Virus record (IMG/VR): IMGVR_UViG_3300024978_000007
Length of the DNA stretch: 64,000 nucleotides
Reading direction: 5' to 3' (one strand)
Source: a virus
Shown in pieces: positions 43,374 through 54,373 of this stretch (its first letter is position 1; each line of letters begins with the position of its first letter). A model generated the notes under the pieces. The model searched no databases and was not told the DNA's origin. It was given only the letters and a program-made list of their open reading frames with translations. A program made the position numbers and the translations under genes.

Positions 43374-44172
43374 GCGCCCTGCTCCCCGCCAGCAGATCCA
43401 CGAACCACGGGGTGTGTCCTGCCGGCAGCTTGCGCAGGTCGACGTGGATCGCGTGGGTGATGATGAAGTTGCGAAGCGCCTGGTTGGTGACGCGCCAGGG
43501 GGCGCGGCCGTCCGCGGTTGGCTGGTGGGTGGGGTCGCGTTCGGCGGCGAGCATGCCCAGGTGGATCCAGCGCGTGACGGTGGTGGGATCGTGGCCGAGC
43601 AGGCTGGCGACCTCGCGGGCGGTGTAGTCGTCCTCGCGCGGGTCGCGCTGGATCGCGCGCCGTTTGCGTTGCACGACAATCGCGGCTTCCGTGCGGCGGA
43701 AGCCCTGGCGCCGCAGTGCGTGTTGCACACCGGCCGGCCGCAGGTTGCGGGTGGCGCGCAGGATATCCAGCTCAGCCGGGCTCCACGGCGCTTCGCGGAA
43801 ACGCGGGGTGGTGAGGCCAAGGTCACGCGCTCGGCGGCTCACCCACCACACCGGACGCGCCAGGCGCTTGGCCAGCGCCACCACGTCGCCCCGCTGCATC
43901 GGGCGCTGATGCGCGGTGCGGATGGCCTCGTCCATGCCCGGCTCCAGCGTCCACGACTCGCGCACCAGCGGCCGGCTGGCGCAGCGCAGGCCAAGCGCGT
44001 TGGCATGCTGGTAGATCGCCGACCGGCTGCGGTGCGGCAGCAGCGCGATCACGCCATTGATGCCGCCCGCTGGATACGCCTCGCGCAACACGCGGATCTC
44101 GCGCGTGGTCCAGGCTGCGCGGCTGATGGGCTGAGGGGGCGCCGTGCTGATGGAAGCGGTGCCGTCAGGCAT
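43366..44172 (-). CDS. Multi-HTH (Myb-like repeats plus excisionase-type HTH) DNA-binding protein
   Basis: WTTREIRVL, WTLEPG and WSPAELDIL repeats; YTAREVASLLGHDPTTVTRWI. Confidence 0.6.
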   Translation of the reverse strand: MPDGTASISTAPPQPISRAAWTTREIRVLREAYPAGGINGVIALLPHRSRSAIYQHANALGLRCASRPLVRESWTLEPGMDEAIRTAHQRPMQRGDVVALAKRLARPVWWVSRRARDLGLTTPRFREAPWSPAELDILRATRNLRPAGVQHALRRQGFRRTEAAIVVQRKRRAIQRDPREDDYTAREVASLLGHDPTTVTRWIHLGMLAAERDPTHQPTADGRAPWRVTNQALRNFIITHAIHVDLRKLPAGHTPWFVDLLAGSRAHG

Positions 44173-44761
44173 GGGGCGACTCCTCGGACTGCTCCAGCGC
44201 GTCGGCGAGGGTTGGCTGATCGTGCTGCACGCCAGGTGTCCAGTCGTAGCTGTCCAGGCTCACCAGGAAGCGCAGTGCCATAGCGGCAGCCTGTTGTGCT
44301 TCCTTGCGCACGTCGTCGGGCTTGTTCTTGTGCGGCTCATAGACCTGTTGCAGCACCGCCTTCGACAGCTCGCCGGCTTCCTCGTTGAAGACGCCGACGG
44401 CGTGCAGCGGATCGGTCGGCCACGTCGGGAACTTGCGGATCGCCTTTTCCAGCTCGTCCATGACTTCGCGGACGACAGCCGGCACCCTCGCGCGCTCGGC
44501 AGGCTTCACCTGAAACTGCTTTGGCGACGCTGCCGCTGCTTGCGCAAAAACATCAGCCTGCGCGTTCTGCGCGAGGGCGGCTATAGCCGCGCGAGCTTGC
44601 TTCTCACACTTCTCCCGCATGCCATGACCCGCAGCATCCGCGATGGCTTTGGCGACACGATCCACCACATCCTCGGCCACCCTTTCCTGCCCTGACGCAT
44701 AAGCCCGCTCGCGAATCGGCGTCTCCGGCTGCGGGCAGTTTTCAATGGGCGTCGTCATCAC
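44165..44761 (-). CDS. Protein with a MazG-like NTP pyrophosphohydrolase domain
   Basis: ELEKAIRKFP...FNEEAGELSKAVLQ...VRKEAQQAAAMALRF. Confidence 0.7.
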   Translation of the reverse strand: MMTTPIENCPQPETPIRERAYASGQERVAEDVVDRVAKAIADAAGHGMREKCEKQARAAIAALAQNAQADVFAQAAAASPKQFQVKPAERARVPAVVREVMDELEKAIRKFPTWPTDPLHAVGVFNEEAGELSKAVLQQVYEPHKNKPDDVRKEAQQAAAMALRFLVSLDSYDWTPGVQHDQPTLADALEQSEESPHA

Positions 44762-45678
44762 GCATCCCCCGGCCGCGGCAGCCCGAACACCTCAGCCAGC
44801 TGCTCCAGCAGGCGGCGCAGTTCGGTGGTCATCAGGAACAGGGCGGCGGCGGCTTCGTCGTGGGCGTCCTGCAGGCTGTCGCCCAGCGTGTCCAGCACCA
44901 CGTCGAGGAAGCGCAGCTTGTGCAGCACCAGGTCTTCGCCCAGCACGAAGCTGATACGGTCGTCGTAGACCAGGCCCAGCTTGAACACCTGCTTGCCGCT
45001 GCGCAGGTGTTCCTTGACCTCCTCGGCGTCCATGTCCTGCCGGCGGGCACGGATGACGGCGCCTGCGGCGGTGGCGGGGTCGCGCAGTTCGCACTCGTCG
45101 CCCAGGGCGAAGCCGGCCGGCAGGCGGCCGGTGGCCAGCCAGTCGGTCAGCAGCACGCGCGGGCCTTCCTCCGGTGCCGGCGGCACGGCGGGGAAGCTGC
45201 CCAGCGCCTCGCGCCAGCAGGTGAGCACGGTGTCGGCCTGCTTGCGGCTGGCGGTGTCGATCACCAGCCAGCCGTTGGCAATGTCGGCATAGGCGGCGGT
45301 GCGCGAGCTGCGCACGAAGGCGCGCGGCAGCAGCTCGGTCAGCAGATCCTCGCGGATGCGCTTGCGCTCGCGGCCGCCGACGTTGCGGCCTTCCTGCTCG
45401 GTGATCTGGCGCACCTTGCGCTGCAGGGCATCGGTGAGCACGGCGGGTGGCAGCAGTTTGTCTTCGCCGCCCAGCATGGCCAGCGTGCAGCCGTTCTCGG
45501 TGAGCGTGAGGCTATCCCAGCCGTCAGCGCGCCCCACCGGCGGCACGAAGCCGCGGGTGAACAGCTCCAGCGGGCCGCAGGGGCGCAGGCGACGGTCGTC
45601 CAGCGCCTCGTCCAGGCGCTGCAGGTCGTCGGCCACGGCGGGCGAGAATCGGAACAGGGTGAGGTTGCGGAAGAACAT
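44758..45678 (-). CDS. rdgC: RdgC (repeat copy)
   Basis: Copy of 142-1062. Confidence 0.9.
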   Translation of the reverse strand: MFFRNLTLFRFSPAVADDLQRLDEALDDRRLRPCGPLELFTRGFVPPVGRADGWDSLTLTENGCTLAMLGGEDKLLPPAVLTDALQRKVRQITEQEGRNVGGRERKRIREDLLTELLPRAFVRSSRTAAYADIANGWLVIDTASRKQADTVLTCWREALGSFPAVPPAPEEGPRVLLTDWLATGRLPAGFALGDECELRDPATAAGAVIRARRQDMDAEEVKEHLRSGKQVFKLGLVYDDRISFVLGEDLVLHKLRFLDVVLDTLGDSLQDAHDEAAAALFLMTTELRRLLEQLAEVFGLPRPGDA

Positions 45679-47935
45679 GGCTCAGCCCCTCCGCAGGTTG
45701 GCAGCGCGGCGCCGCCGGCGTGCGGTCTTGCCGGCCGGCGGGCGGGTGGTGCGCACGTGCTGGAATGGCTTGCGGGCGCCGGTGCGGTCCCTGCCCTTGC
45801 CGCGCCTGTCGCGGCGGCCGGTAGTGGTGTGGGCTTGTTCGGTAGGCAGGCGCGGCAGGGGCGCGGCGTTGCTCATCAGCGACAACGCCATGGCGACCAG
45901 GTGGGATAGCGGGGTGCGTTTGTGCATGGTGGGTTCCTAAGCGGTAGTGGTCAGGCGCGCTTGCCGGCGCGGCGGTGGTGGATAAGGTGGTACTCGGCCA
46001 CGCGCACGATGTGCCGGCGGCGGTCGCGCACCTTGACCATCTGCATGCCGATGGCGATGCCGTGGTCGGTTTTCAGCTCGTGCATGCGGGCGCTCACGCA
46101 GATCACGCCGCAGCGGCGAATCAGGTGCATGGTGGTGGCCGGGCCTCGTCGCAGCTCGGCAAGGATGGCCTCGTGCTGGGGGCTGAGTTGGGACATGCTC
46201 AGTCCTCCCACGCGATGCAGCTGGGCGTGCGGCACTGGCCCTTGCTGTGCACGATGGCGCCGGCCTCGTCGTACTCCACCTGCACGCTGCAGCGCGAGCC
46301 GCAGGCGGTGCAGCGGTAGCTGCCGCTGGTGGCGCTGTAGCGACTGGCCAGGCGCAGCACGTTGCGCTTGGCGGCCTTGCCGGCGACGCTGTCCATGATC
46401 GCCGGCGGCACGAACATTTCAGCGGGCGCGAGCATGGAGGGCCTCCTCGGTGGACTGGTTGAGCGCGGCCAGCAGCGCGTCGGCGTAGCGCACGGCGCGC
46501 GTGGCGTAGATGTCGGCGTTGCTGGTGCTTTGGGTGGTGGCGGGGCTGGCGGCGAGCAGGCCCTGCAGGGCAGCCTTGGCCGTCTCGTAGCGCATGCGGT
46601 CGATCACGGTCATGGCCGATTCGCGGAACGCCGTGACATCCTCCGGGCACTCCGGCATCGGCGACATGGCGGCGGCGAGTGCCCGTGGCAGGTATCCATT
46701 CGTCATCGCTGCGCCCTCCCCTTCGCCGCGCGCATCGGCCGCACGTTGTCGCGGCGCGGGGCCAGCGGCAGCGGCAGGGTTTCGCCCAGCTCGCCCCAGG
46801 CGCGCACGGCGTCGGGCAGGCTGGCGCACCAGCCGGTGCAGCGGCGGCACGGGCACTCGAGCTGATGGCGGTCGGCGATCACGGCGAACTGCACGCCCTC
46901 GCGCTGGGTGCTGCCGCTGGCCACGTAGTGGCGCGGCTCGGTCTTGCAGGTGCCACAGGCGGCGAAGGTGCCGCGCGGGTGGGTGATCTGGCGCTGTTTC
47001 ATGGGCAGGTGCACTCCTCTGATGGTTCGCGCCGCGGCGAGCCAGCGATAAGCGGTGGGTCTGGAAACCGGGAAGCGATCGCACACGTCGTCGACGGACG
47101 GCATCACGTGCTGGTCACTCATCCAGAAGGCGAAGCGCAGCATCTTCTCGACCAGCGCGTCGCGGTTCTTGGTGCGCGTGCGCGGCGTCATCGGCCCACC
47201 TCGCGCACCGGTTCGGGCTCGTCGTCGATCAGCTTCATCAGCTCGCGGCCGAGCGGGGACAGGCGCAGGCACTTGTCGCCGTCATCGCACAGGCAGTGCT
47301 CGCCGCAGCCGCCGTCCGGCGCGTCGAACGGCTCCAGCAGCTCGCTCTCCAGCGCGTATTCCTCGGCATCGGCGCCGTCGATATCGCAGCCGCCATCCGT
47401 GCGCGCAGCGGCCAGCATCCGCGCCGCGTAGCGCGCCACGCCTTCGCTGTAGGGGATGCGCAGCGCGGCGGCCAGCTGCTGAAACAGCACCAGCGCCTTT
47501 TCGTGCGGCAGGAAGTTGTAGCCGGCGCCCACGTAGACGGCGATGCGGCCATCGGGTTGGCGCTCGGCGAGCGGGCGGAAGGTGGTGGGCGCGTTCATGC
47601 CAACTTGCCATGGTGGCGCTTGAGCCACTCACCAAACTCTGTGCCAGAGTCCGCGGCGAGGAAGTCTCGATAGCGCTTCGACGACCGGGTGAGCTGCGGC
47701 GGCTTCGGGCTGTGCTGCTCCATGTACGCGATGCCTGCCGGCGTCACCTGAAAAAGGTCGTCGCCGCCCGTCAATGCGTTGCCGGTATGGCGCGTCATCA
47801 GCCCTCGGATCACCAGGTCGACGCACTGGTCGTAATCCTTCGAACCCGGCCCGGTGACGAAATGGTTGCGGTAACGCTCACCCTGGCCGAACTGGTCGAC
47901 GCCGAGGCTGTGTTGCAGGATGTGCAGATCGTGGT

Positions 47936-48901
47936 TCATCCCACCCTCCTCACGGCATCCAGATCCGCGTGCTCGCGCAGCACGTGGCGCACCACGGCGG
48001 CGGCTTGCGCGCCGTAGACATTGGCGGTGGTGGATTTCTTGGCGTGGCGGGCCAGGTGCTGGCCGGCTTCCAGGCCCAGGGTTTCCACCACGTCGCCCAC
48101 GCGGCGGTGGCGCAGCAGTTGCGGGTTGAGGTGGGCGATGCCGGCGGCGGCGCCCAGGGTGCGGATGCGGTTGTAGGCCTGCTGGCGGGTGATGCGGGTG
48201 CCGCGGTTGCTCACGAACATGGCCTGCTCGCGCTCGGCCGCCATCGCCGGGCGCACGGCCAGCCAGTCGGCCAGCCACGCCACGCTGCGCGCGTTGATCG
48301 GCACCACGGCCGGCTTGCCGCCCTTGCCCACCATGCACAGCTCGCCGCGCGCCAGATCCACGCTGTTGCGCGGGCGATACACCGGGCCGGGCAGGTCCAG
48401 CGCGGTGGCATCGCTTACGCGCAGCGCGCCATCCAGCATCAGGCGCATCATGGCGCGGTCGCGCAGTTGCATCGGCGTGCGCGTGGGCAGGGTTTCCAGC
48501 AGCGCCATCAGCGGCGCCAGCTCCGGCGCGATCTGCGGCAGCGCCACGAAACGCACGTCGCTGTCTTTCGTCGGGTCGTGGTGCAGCCAGCCCTCGCGGT
48601 TGGCGTGCGCCACCAGTTGGCGCAGCACCACCAGCTTGCGCGCCTGGCTGCGCGGGGAAAGCCCGCGGTGGCCCAGCCGATCCAGCCAGCGTTCCACCAG
48701 GCGTTCGCCCAGCAGGCCGATCAGCTCCACGCCCTGCAGCGCGGCAAACTCGGCGAAGTCGTGCAGGTCGCCGCCGTAGGCCACCAGCGTGTTGATCGCC
48801 GCGCCGCGCAGGCGCTTGCGCTGCAGGTAGTGTTCGATCGCCTGCGCCATCGTCACGGGCGCCACGGCGTGGCCGGCCAGGGTGATGAGGTTGGCGGTCA
48901 T
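47936..48901 (-). CDS. XerD-like recombinase 1 (repeat copy)
   Basis: Copy of 3320-4285. Confidence 0.88.
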   Translation of the reverse strand: MTANLITLAGHAVAPVTMAQAIEHYLQRKRLRGAAINTLVAYGGDLHDFAEFAALQGVELIGLLGERLVERWLDRLGHRGLSPRSQARKLVVLRQLVAHANREGWLHHDPTKDSDVRFVALPQIAPELAPLMALLETLPTRTPMQLRDRAMMRLMLDGALRVSDATALDLPGPVYRPRNSVDLARGELCMVGKGGKPAVVPINARSVAWLADWLAVRPAMAAEREQAMFVSNRGTRITRQQAYNRIRTLGAAAGIAHLNPQLLRHRRVGDVVETLGLEAGQHLARHAKKSTTANVYGAQAAAVVRHVLREHADLDAVRRVG

Positions 48902-49715
48902 GGCTGGTCCTCGCCGGTGGTGTCGGCAGGCATGTCGCTGCGGTCGATCCATTCCATGAGCCGCGCGGTCAGCCAGTAGCAGAGGCTGGCAAGCCCGATA
49001 AGGAAGGCGAACAGGCAGAGCAGGACCAGGGCGGCCACCCAGCCGCCGACGCAGTACATCGCGGCGGTGTAGCCGACCAGGGCGAGCGGGATCAGCGTGC
49101 GGGTCTTCATGCGCCACCGCCCGCGCGCTGCAGCGTCTCTTTCAGGGCCACCATGGCGCGCTCGCACTCCAGTCGCTCGGCGGCGCCGAAACCGTAGGTG
49201 GTGCCTAGTTTCTCGAAGGCCTTGATGACGCGGTTTCCCGCTGCCACCAGTTCATCGGCCAGGCCCAAGCTATCGGCGGCACCCTGCAGATGCATTTCGC
49301 ACAAGCCGGCATGACCAGGTGCTTCCATGGCCCGGAACTGCTTGGCCGACTCACTCAGCGCGTGTTGGCAGCCTTCGATCGTCGTTCGTAGCGTCGTCAT
49401 CGGGCACCGCCCAAGCTGACCACGATCAGCGCGACGAGCAGCAGAAGGCAGGCGACGACGGCGAAGCCGGCGCCCAAGGGCAGCAGCTCGGCCGGCGGCG
49501 CGCCGTGGCGGCGTTCCGTGCGGCCGCTCACGACGCCACCGCCCGCAGCTGTTGCTGCAGCGAGTGCCACAGGCGGCGTGCGGCCTGCTCGGCCTGCGCC
49601 TGGTTGTTGAACAGGTTGCCGGTGCGGGCTTTCAGCGCGCCGCTGGTGCCGATCACCTGGCCGCGCCATAAGCCGCCCTCGCGCTCGCCGTGGAAATAGA
49701 CGTCCATGGGTTTTT

Positions 49716-50003
49716 TCATGCGCGTGCTCCCGGCGCGTACCAGGCGGGTCGGAACCGTTCGCCGGCCAGGTCGCCCGCCATCAGCCACAGCGCCGGCACG
49801 GCCAACACCTTGGCCATGGCGCCGATCTGCAGCGGGTCCGGCGGCGTGCTGCCGCCCATTTCCAGCGAGGCCAGCCGTTTGGGGGTGATGCCGGCGGCGG
49901 TGGCCAGATCCTCCGGCGCCATCCGGGCGTGCTCGCGCGAGGCGCGCAGGCGCTGGGCGAAGCTGTCCGCGTGGGCGTTGTGCTGGCGGGTCTCGGCGCG
50001 CAT
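49716..50003 (-). CDS. XRE HTH regulator (repeat copy)
   Basis: Copy of 5100-5387. Confidence 0.8.
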   Translation of the reverse strand: MRAETRQHNAHADSFAQRLRASREHARMAPEDLATAAGITPKRLASLEMGGSTPPDPLQIGAMAKVLAVPALWLMAGDLAGERFRPAWYAPGARA

Positions 50004-51037
50004 CAGGCGAGCCTCCCGCGCGTGCTGGCTTCGCCCGCGATCATCAGCAGGTCGAACACCGCGTCGCCCACGCTCAGCTTCCAGCCGGGCAGCTCCAGGT
50101 TCTTCAGCGTGCCGGGAAACTCCCGGAACGCCGCCACCGCAGCGGCCTGCGCGCCCTTGGGCGTGATCACCGTGCACACCGGCATTTCGCGCGAGCCCTC
50201 GCGCCACAGCGTCACCGCATAGCTGCGCATGGCGCCGTGCGCCTGCACCATCTTGTGCAGCATGCCGCGCGTGCAGCCCAGGTCCGCCGCCACCGATTTC
50301 AGGGTGGCCTTGATCCGCTTTGCCGCGGCTACCGCTTCGGCGGCTTCCGCGCAGCGTTCCGGCGTGGCCGGCCCCACGTACAGGGGGGGGGTCTGGCGGC
50401 GCGTGGTGGTGGCCGCGTCGATGGCCGGGTGGGTGATGGGCGCTTCCATCAGCGCGCCCTCCCCTGCTTGGCCAGGCCGCCGAGGATCAGCGGATAGCCG
50501 GGGCGGTGCAGGCGCAGCGCGTCGATCAGGCGCAGCGGCATGCAGGGATACCAGCGGAGCAGCGCGCACTGCGCGGCGGCCAGTTGGCGGCGGCGCGGCG
50601 GTTGGGTTACAGTGGGCATGTCTTCCGTACTCCTAAGCGCGGTGGGCAAACCGAACGCCTGGGGTTGCCGCCCCGGGCGTTCTTCGTTTTTGGCAGCAGA
50701 CGCTGCGCTGATGGCCCGGCGATGGGCGTTGCAACCCACAGGAAAGGGAGAGCCGTCCCGCCCTGTCTTTATCGCCAGGCCATCAGCGAAACGTCCGGCG
50801 GTCATTGCATGTAGTCCTCGACGCGGATGCCGGCGATCGCATCGTTGAGCGAGCCGCGCGGCAGGCCGTAGGTTTCGCGCGCCGCCGCCATGGACACCAA
50901 CGACCGCCGCGCGGCGCGCCAGCGGTACACCGCCGCCAGCCGCGGGCGGCCTTCGCGCTGGGCGGTGTCGGCCAGCACCTGCAGCTCCTGACAGGCATCC
51001 GCTGCTTCCGCCATGCGCTTGAAGCTGCGCCCGCGCA

Positions 51038-51607
51038 TCACTTCACGCTCCGCAGCGGCTGGCTGTCGCCCAGCACGTGCTGGTGGATGCTGCTTTTGAG
51101 CGTCACGGCGTAGGCCTGCAACGCGTCCAGTTCGGCCAGCGCGGCGCTGGCGTGCGCGGCATCGCCGGCATCCATGCGGCCGTCGTCCAGCATCGGCGCC
51201 AGGCGGTTCACGGTGTCGCCCAGGTGGCGCAGCAGTTCGCCCAGCTGCTGTTGCTGGCCGGCGGGCGTGGGTTGCGGCTGCGGCGCGGCCAGCAGGCCCA
51301 GGCGGTGGCTCAGGTCCGCCAGCAGGTGGCTGCGGTACGGCTGCGGCAGCGCGAGGATCAGCGCCTCCTCGATGTCCACCGCCATGCGCACGCGGCCGTC
51401 CAGCATGCGCTTCACCGTCTGCCGGTTGGCCTCGCTGTCGGCGTACGGGTCGGCGCTGCTGGCAAAGGTCACGCTGCGCGCGTGCAGCGCGGTGCGCTCG
51501 TGGTACAGGTCCGCCACCGTCTGCGCGTAGGTGCGCTCGGTGAGCGCGCTGCGGCTGATGGCCAGCAGCACGTGCTCGGCAATGAGCTGGCTGCGCGACT
51601 CACGCAT
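51038..51607 (-). CDS. CII-like protein (repeat copy)
   Basis: Copy of 6422-6991. Confidence 0.5.
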   Translation of the reverse strand: MRESRSQLIAEHVLLAISRSALTERTYAQTVADLYHERTALHARSVTFASSADPYADSEANRQTVKRMLDGRVRMAVDIEEALILALPQPYRSHLLADLSHRLGLLAAPQPQPTPAGQQQQLGELLRHLGDTVNRLAPMLDDGRMDAGDAAHASAALAELDALQAYAVTLKSSIHQHVLGDSQPLRSVK

Positions 51608-51897
51608 GGCCGTGCACCCCGTGCACCAGCGCCAGGTCCATCGCCATGTCGGCGCTGGCCGCTTCAAAGGCATCGCACACCAGGTCCGGCGCGGTGCCCA
51701 GGCGGTAGGCGCGCTGGGTGAGCATCTCGGCGATGATCGCGTGCACGCCCTCCACCGTGGCCACGCCCTCGCGGCGGATCCGCGCATTGAGCGCGCGCAG
51801 GGTCATGGCCTCGTGCGCGGTGGCGTGGGTCAGGCGGGCGAAGGCGCGGCGCTGGGCCTCGTTCATCGGCGGCATGCCGTCCGCTTCCAGCTGCAGT

Positions 51898-52677
51898 TCA
51901 GACATGGGCTGAAACCTCCGGGTCAGGCGTGGCGGTGGCGCCGGTGGCAAGCTGAGCCATCGGTAACTTGCGGAGCGTTTCGTGATGGGTGCGCAGTTCG
52001 CGCAGGGTGTTCGGGCTCCAGCGCGGCCGGCCGGTGGGGCTGGGGATGGCACGTCCGTTCAGCATGTCCGCGACGCGGCGCAGGCTGATGCCGTGCTTCA
52101 GGTCATCCACCACGTCATCGCGCACCGGCCACGTTTCCGGGTCGCGCAGCAACAGGCGTTCCGCCTGGTCGCCCTCGCCCACCGTGATGGACGTGCAGCC
52201 GAACGGCACGTGGCCGTATACCCTGCCCTGCTCGCGCAGCGCGGCGTTGCACTCGGTGGCGCGCTGCACGGCCAGGTCGCGCTCGTACTGCGCGGCCGCC
52301 AACTGGATGGTCAGGCTGAGCTTGCCGGCCGGCGTGCTGGAGTCGATCAGCTCGCTGATGCTGTGCACGGTGGCGCCGGTGCGCTCGGCCGTGCGGAAGA
52401 ACGTGAGGCCGTCCAGCGCATCGCGGAACAGGCGGTCCAGGCGGATCACCACCACGCCCTGCGCGGTGCCGGCTTTCAGCGCGTCCAACACCTGCCGGCC
52501 CCCTGCCCGCTTGGCCAGCGGCACGCTGGCACTCACGCCTTCGTCGGCGATCGCGTCCACCAGCGTGTGGCCGTGCAGGTCGCAATAGGCGATCAGGCGC
52601 GCGGTCTGCTGGCCCAGGCTCACGCCGTCCTTGGCCTGCTCCTCGGTGGAGACGCGGATGTAGCCGACGAGCTTCAT
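51898..52677 (-). CDS. Serine recombinase (repeat copy)
   Basis: Copy of 7282-8061. Confidence 0.92.
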   Translation of the reverse strand: MKLVGYIRVSTEEQAKDGVSLGQQTARLIAYCDLHGHTLVDAIADEGVSASVPLAKRAGGRQVLDALKAGTAQGVVVIRLDRLFRDALDGLTFFRTAERTGATVHSISELIDSSTPAGKLSLTIQLAAAQYERDLAVQRATECNAALREQGRVYGHVPFGCTSITVGEGDQAERLLLRDPETWPVRDDVVDDLKHGISLRRVADMLNGRAIPSPTGRPRWSPNTLRELRTHHETLRKLPMAQLATGATATPDPEVSAHV

Positions 52678-52970
52678 GCGGCTGCCCATATGCGTGGAAT
52701 GGAAACGCGCCGGGCAAAGGCGCCAGTGGGCAGCCCAACATCCAGCGTGCGCCGCGGTGCACGCGCCGCCGCAGGAAAAATGTCCTCGATGTCGATATTG
52801 GGGAGCAGCTTGGTGATCGCGATCGCGCGCCGCGGCGACGGATGGTTGCGGTTGCATTCCCAGTCCGAAACGGCCTGCTTGGTCACGCCCAGCAGATCGG
52901 CAAGCGCCTGTTGCGTGAGGTTGGCGGCTTCCCGCGCATCGCGCAGGGCGGCGTTGGGCAAGGATTTCAT
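52674..52970 (-). CDS. Cro-like 2 (repeat copy)
   Basis: Copy of 8058-8354. Confidence 0.85.
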   Translation of the reverse strand: MKSLPNAALRDAREAANLTQQALADLLGVTKQAVSDWECNRNHPSPRRAIAITKLLPNIDIEDIFPAAARAPRRTLDVGLPTGAFARRVSIPRIWAAA

Positions 52971-53191
52971 GCGGCCGCCCTGCCCGACTCGGTCGGATAG
53001 ATATGCTCGATCTTGAGTCCCGGCAGCAGGCGGATCAGCGCCAGCGCCTTGCGCGGCGCCGGTTCGTCCGTGCCTGTCTCCCACCGCGACACCGCTCCCT
53101 TGCTGACGCCAAGGGCATCGGCGACGTTCTGCTGCGTGAGGCTTTTGCGCAGGCGCGCCTCTTTGATCGGATTGGGTTTCGCTGTGCTCAT
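52967..53191 (-). CDS. Cro-like 1 (repeat copy)
   Basis: Copy of 8351-8575. Confidence 0.85.
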   Translation of the reverse strand: MSTAKPNPIKEARLRKSLTQQNVADALGVSKGAVSRWETGTDEPAPRKALALIRLLPGLKIEHIYPTESGRAAA

Positions 53192-53270
53192 AGCTGAAGT
53201 TTCGGACAGCGCAACCCATTTGTCAAGTACAGCGCAACCACAAAGTTGCGCGCCTCTATACGCTTGCCGC

Positions 53271-53621
53271 ATGAACACATTCGGCGGGCGGCTGCGAGCC
53301 GCTAGACATAACGCCAACCTGACTCAGGAGCGCTTGGGGGAGCGCGTAGGGGTGAGCAAGGGCGCCATCTCCCGATGGGAGAGCGATCAGGACCAACCGC
53401 AGTTCGCGGTGCTGCAGCCACTTCGGTGCGCGCTGCGGGTTTCGCTTGACGAGCTGGTTTGTGGTTACATGCAAGGCACGGCGGGCGGCGTGGCGGACCC
53501 CTACGCCAAAAGCGACCCACCCAATACCGCTGAGTGGGCGCTGCTCGTCCATCTTCGCCGCGAACCACCGTCAAAGCTTGGCGCGTTGCTGGAATTTCTC
53601 GGGGTCCAGGTCGAATACTGA
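53271..53621 (+). CDS. CI-like repressor (repeat copy)
   Basis: Copy of 8655-9005. Confidence 0.8.
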   Translation: MNTFGGRLRAARHNANLTQERLGERVGVSKGAISRWESDQDQPQFAVLQPLRCALRVSLDELVCGYMQGTAGGVADPYAKSDPPNTAEWALLVHLRREPPSKLGALLEFLGVQVEY

Positions 53622-53638
53622 AAAATCAGGAGACAGGG

Positions 53639-54043
53639 ATGAGAGTTCCGTTGGTGATGCTGTTGGTTTCGATCAGCACTATCGCAATGGCCGCATGTTC
53701 GGTCCGCCCCGATGGCAGCAATGGCCTGCAGCGCGCGTTCGATGTGCCGGGTGTGAAATACGAGCAGGCATATCACCGTGCCGACAGCTACTTCCGACAG
53801 TGCGTGCGCGGTTTCGTCGGTTTGAGTCCCAACGTCACCACCGGGAATATCTACGCCGATTCGAACAGTGCGGAGCTGCAGACGATGAACGGCAGCGGCA
53901 TCATCGTGGCGCGCGTAAACATCGCGGCCACCACCACCGGCAGCCATGTCAATGTGGTCACGATTCGTGCGCCGGCATGGAACGCCAAGGATCTGGACGC
54001 GATCCAAGCAGCCGTAAAAAGCGGCGATATCGTCTGCAAATAG
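53639..54043 (+). CDS. Lipoprotein (repeat copy)
   Basis: Copy of 9023-9427. Confidence 0.65.
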   Translation: MRVPLVMLLVSISTIAMAACSVRPDGSNGLQRAFDVPGVKYEQAYHRADSYFRQCVRGFVGLSPNVTTGNIYADSNSAELQTMNGSGIIVARVNIAATTTGSHVNVVTIRAPAWNAKDLDAIQAAVKSGDIVCK

Positions 54044-54061
54044 CGTCGCCGCGCGAGCGGG

Positions 54062-54373
54062 TCAACGCTCCGCCTTGGCACACTCCGCCGTCACCGGCAC
54101 CTTCGCCGCCGTCTGCCACCACCACACCAGGCACTCCATGCGCACGGCGCAGCTTTCGTATGCCGCGCGCCAGGCGCTGCCGTTCTCCACGATGTCGCGC
54201 ACCTGCGCGGTGCGGCGCACGGTGGCCGCCGTGCACAACTGCATCAGCGGCGCCGGCGGGGTGAGCAGCTCAATTTTTGTGCGGGTGGTTACGGTCGGCG
54301 CAGGGGCGACCGTCGAGCACGCAGCCAACATCATCAGGCACGGCAAGATCCAGTAGCGATTTGGCTGCAGCAT
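54062..54373 (-). CDS. o-spanin (repeat copy)
   Basis: Copy of 9446-9757. Confidence 0.75.
   Translation of the reverse strand: MLQPNRYWILPCLMMLAACSTVAPAPTVTTRTKIELLTPPAPLMQLCTAATVRRTAQVRDIVENGSAWRAAYESCAVRMECLVWWWQTAAKVPVTAECAKAER

Larger units (their letters stand above)
1..44616. mobile_element. Complete temperate siphovirus-like phage genome
   Basis: Terminase, portal, protease, capsid, tail tube, tape measure, tail tip, lysis, immunity and replication modules are all present, with no host housekeeping genes. Confidence 0.95.
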
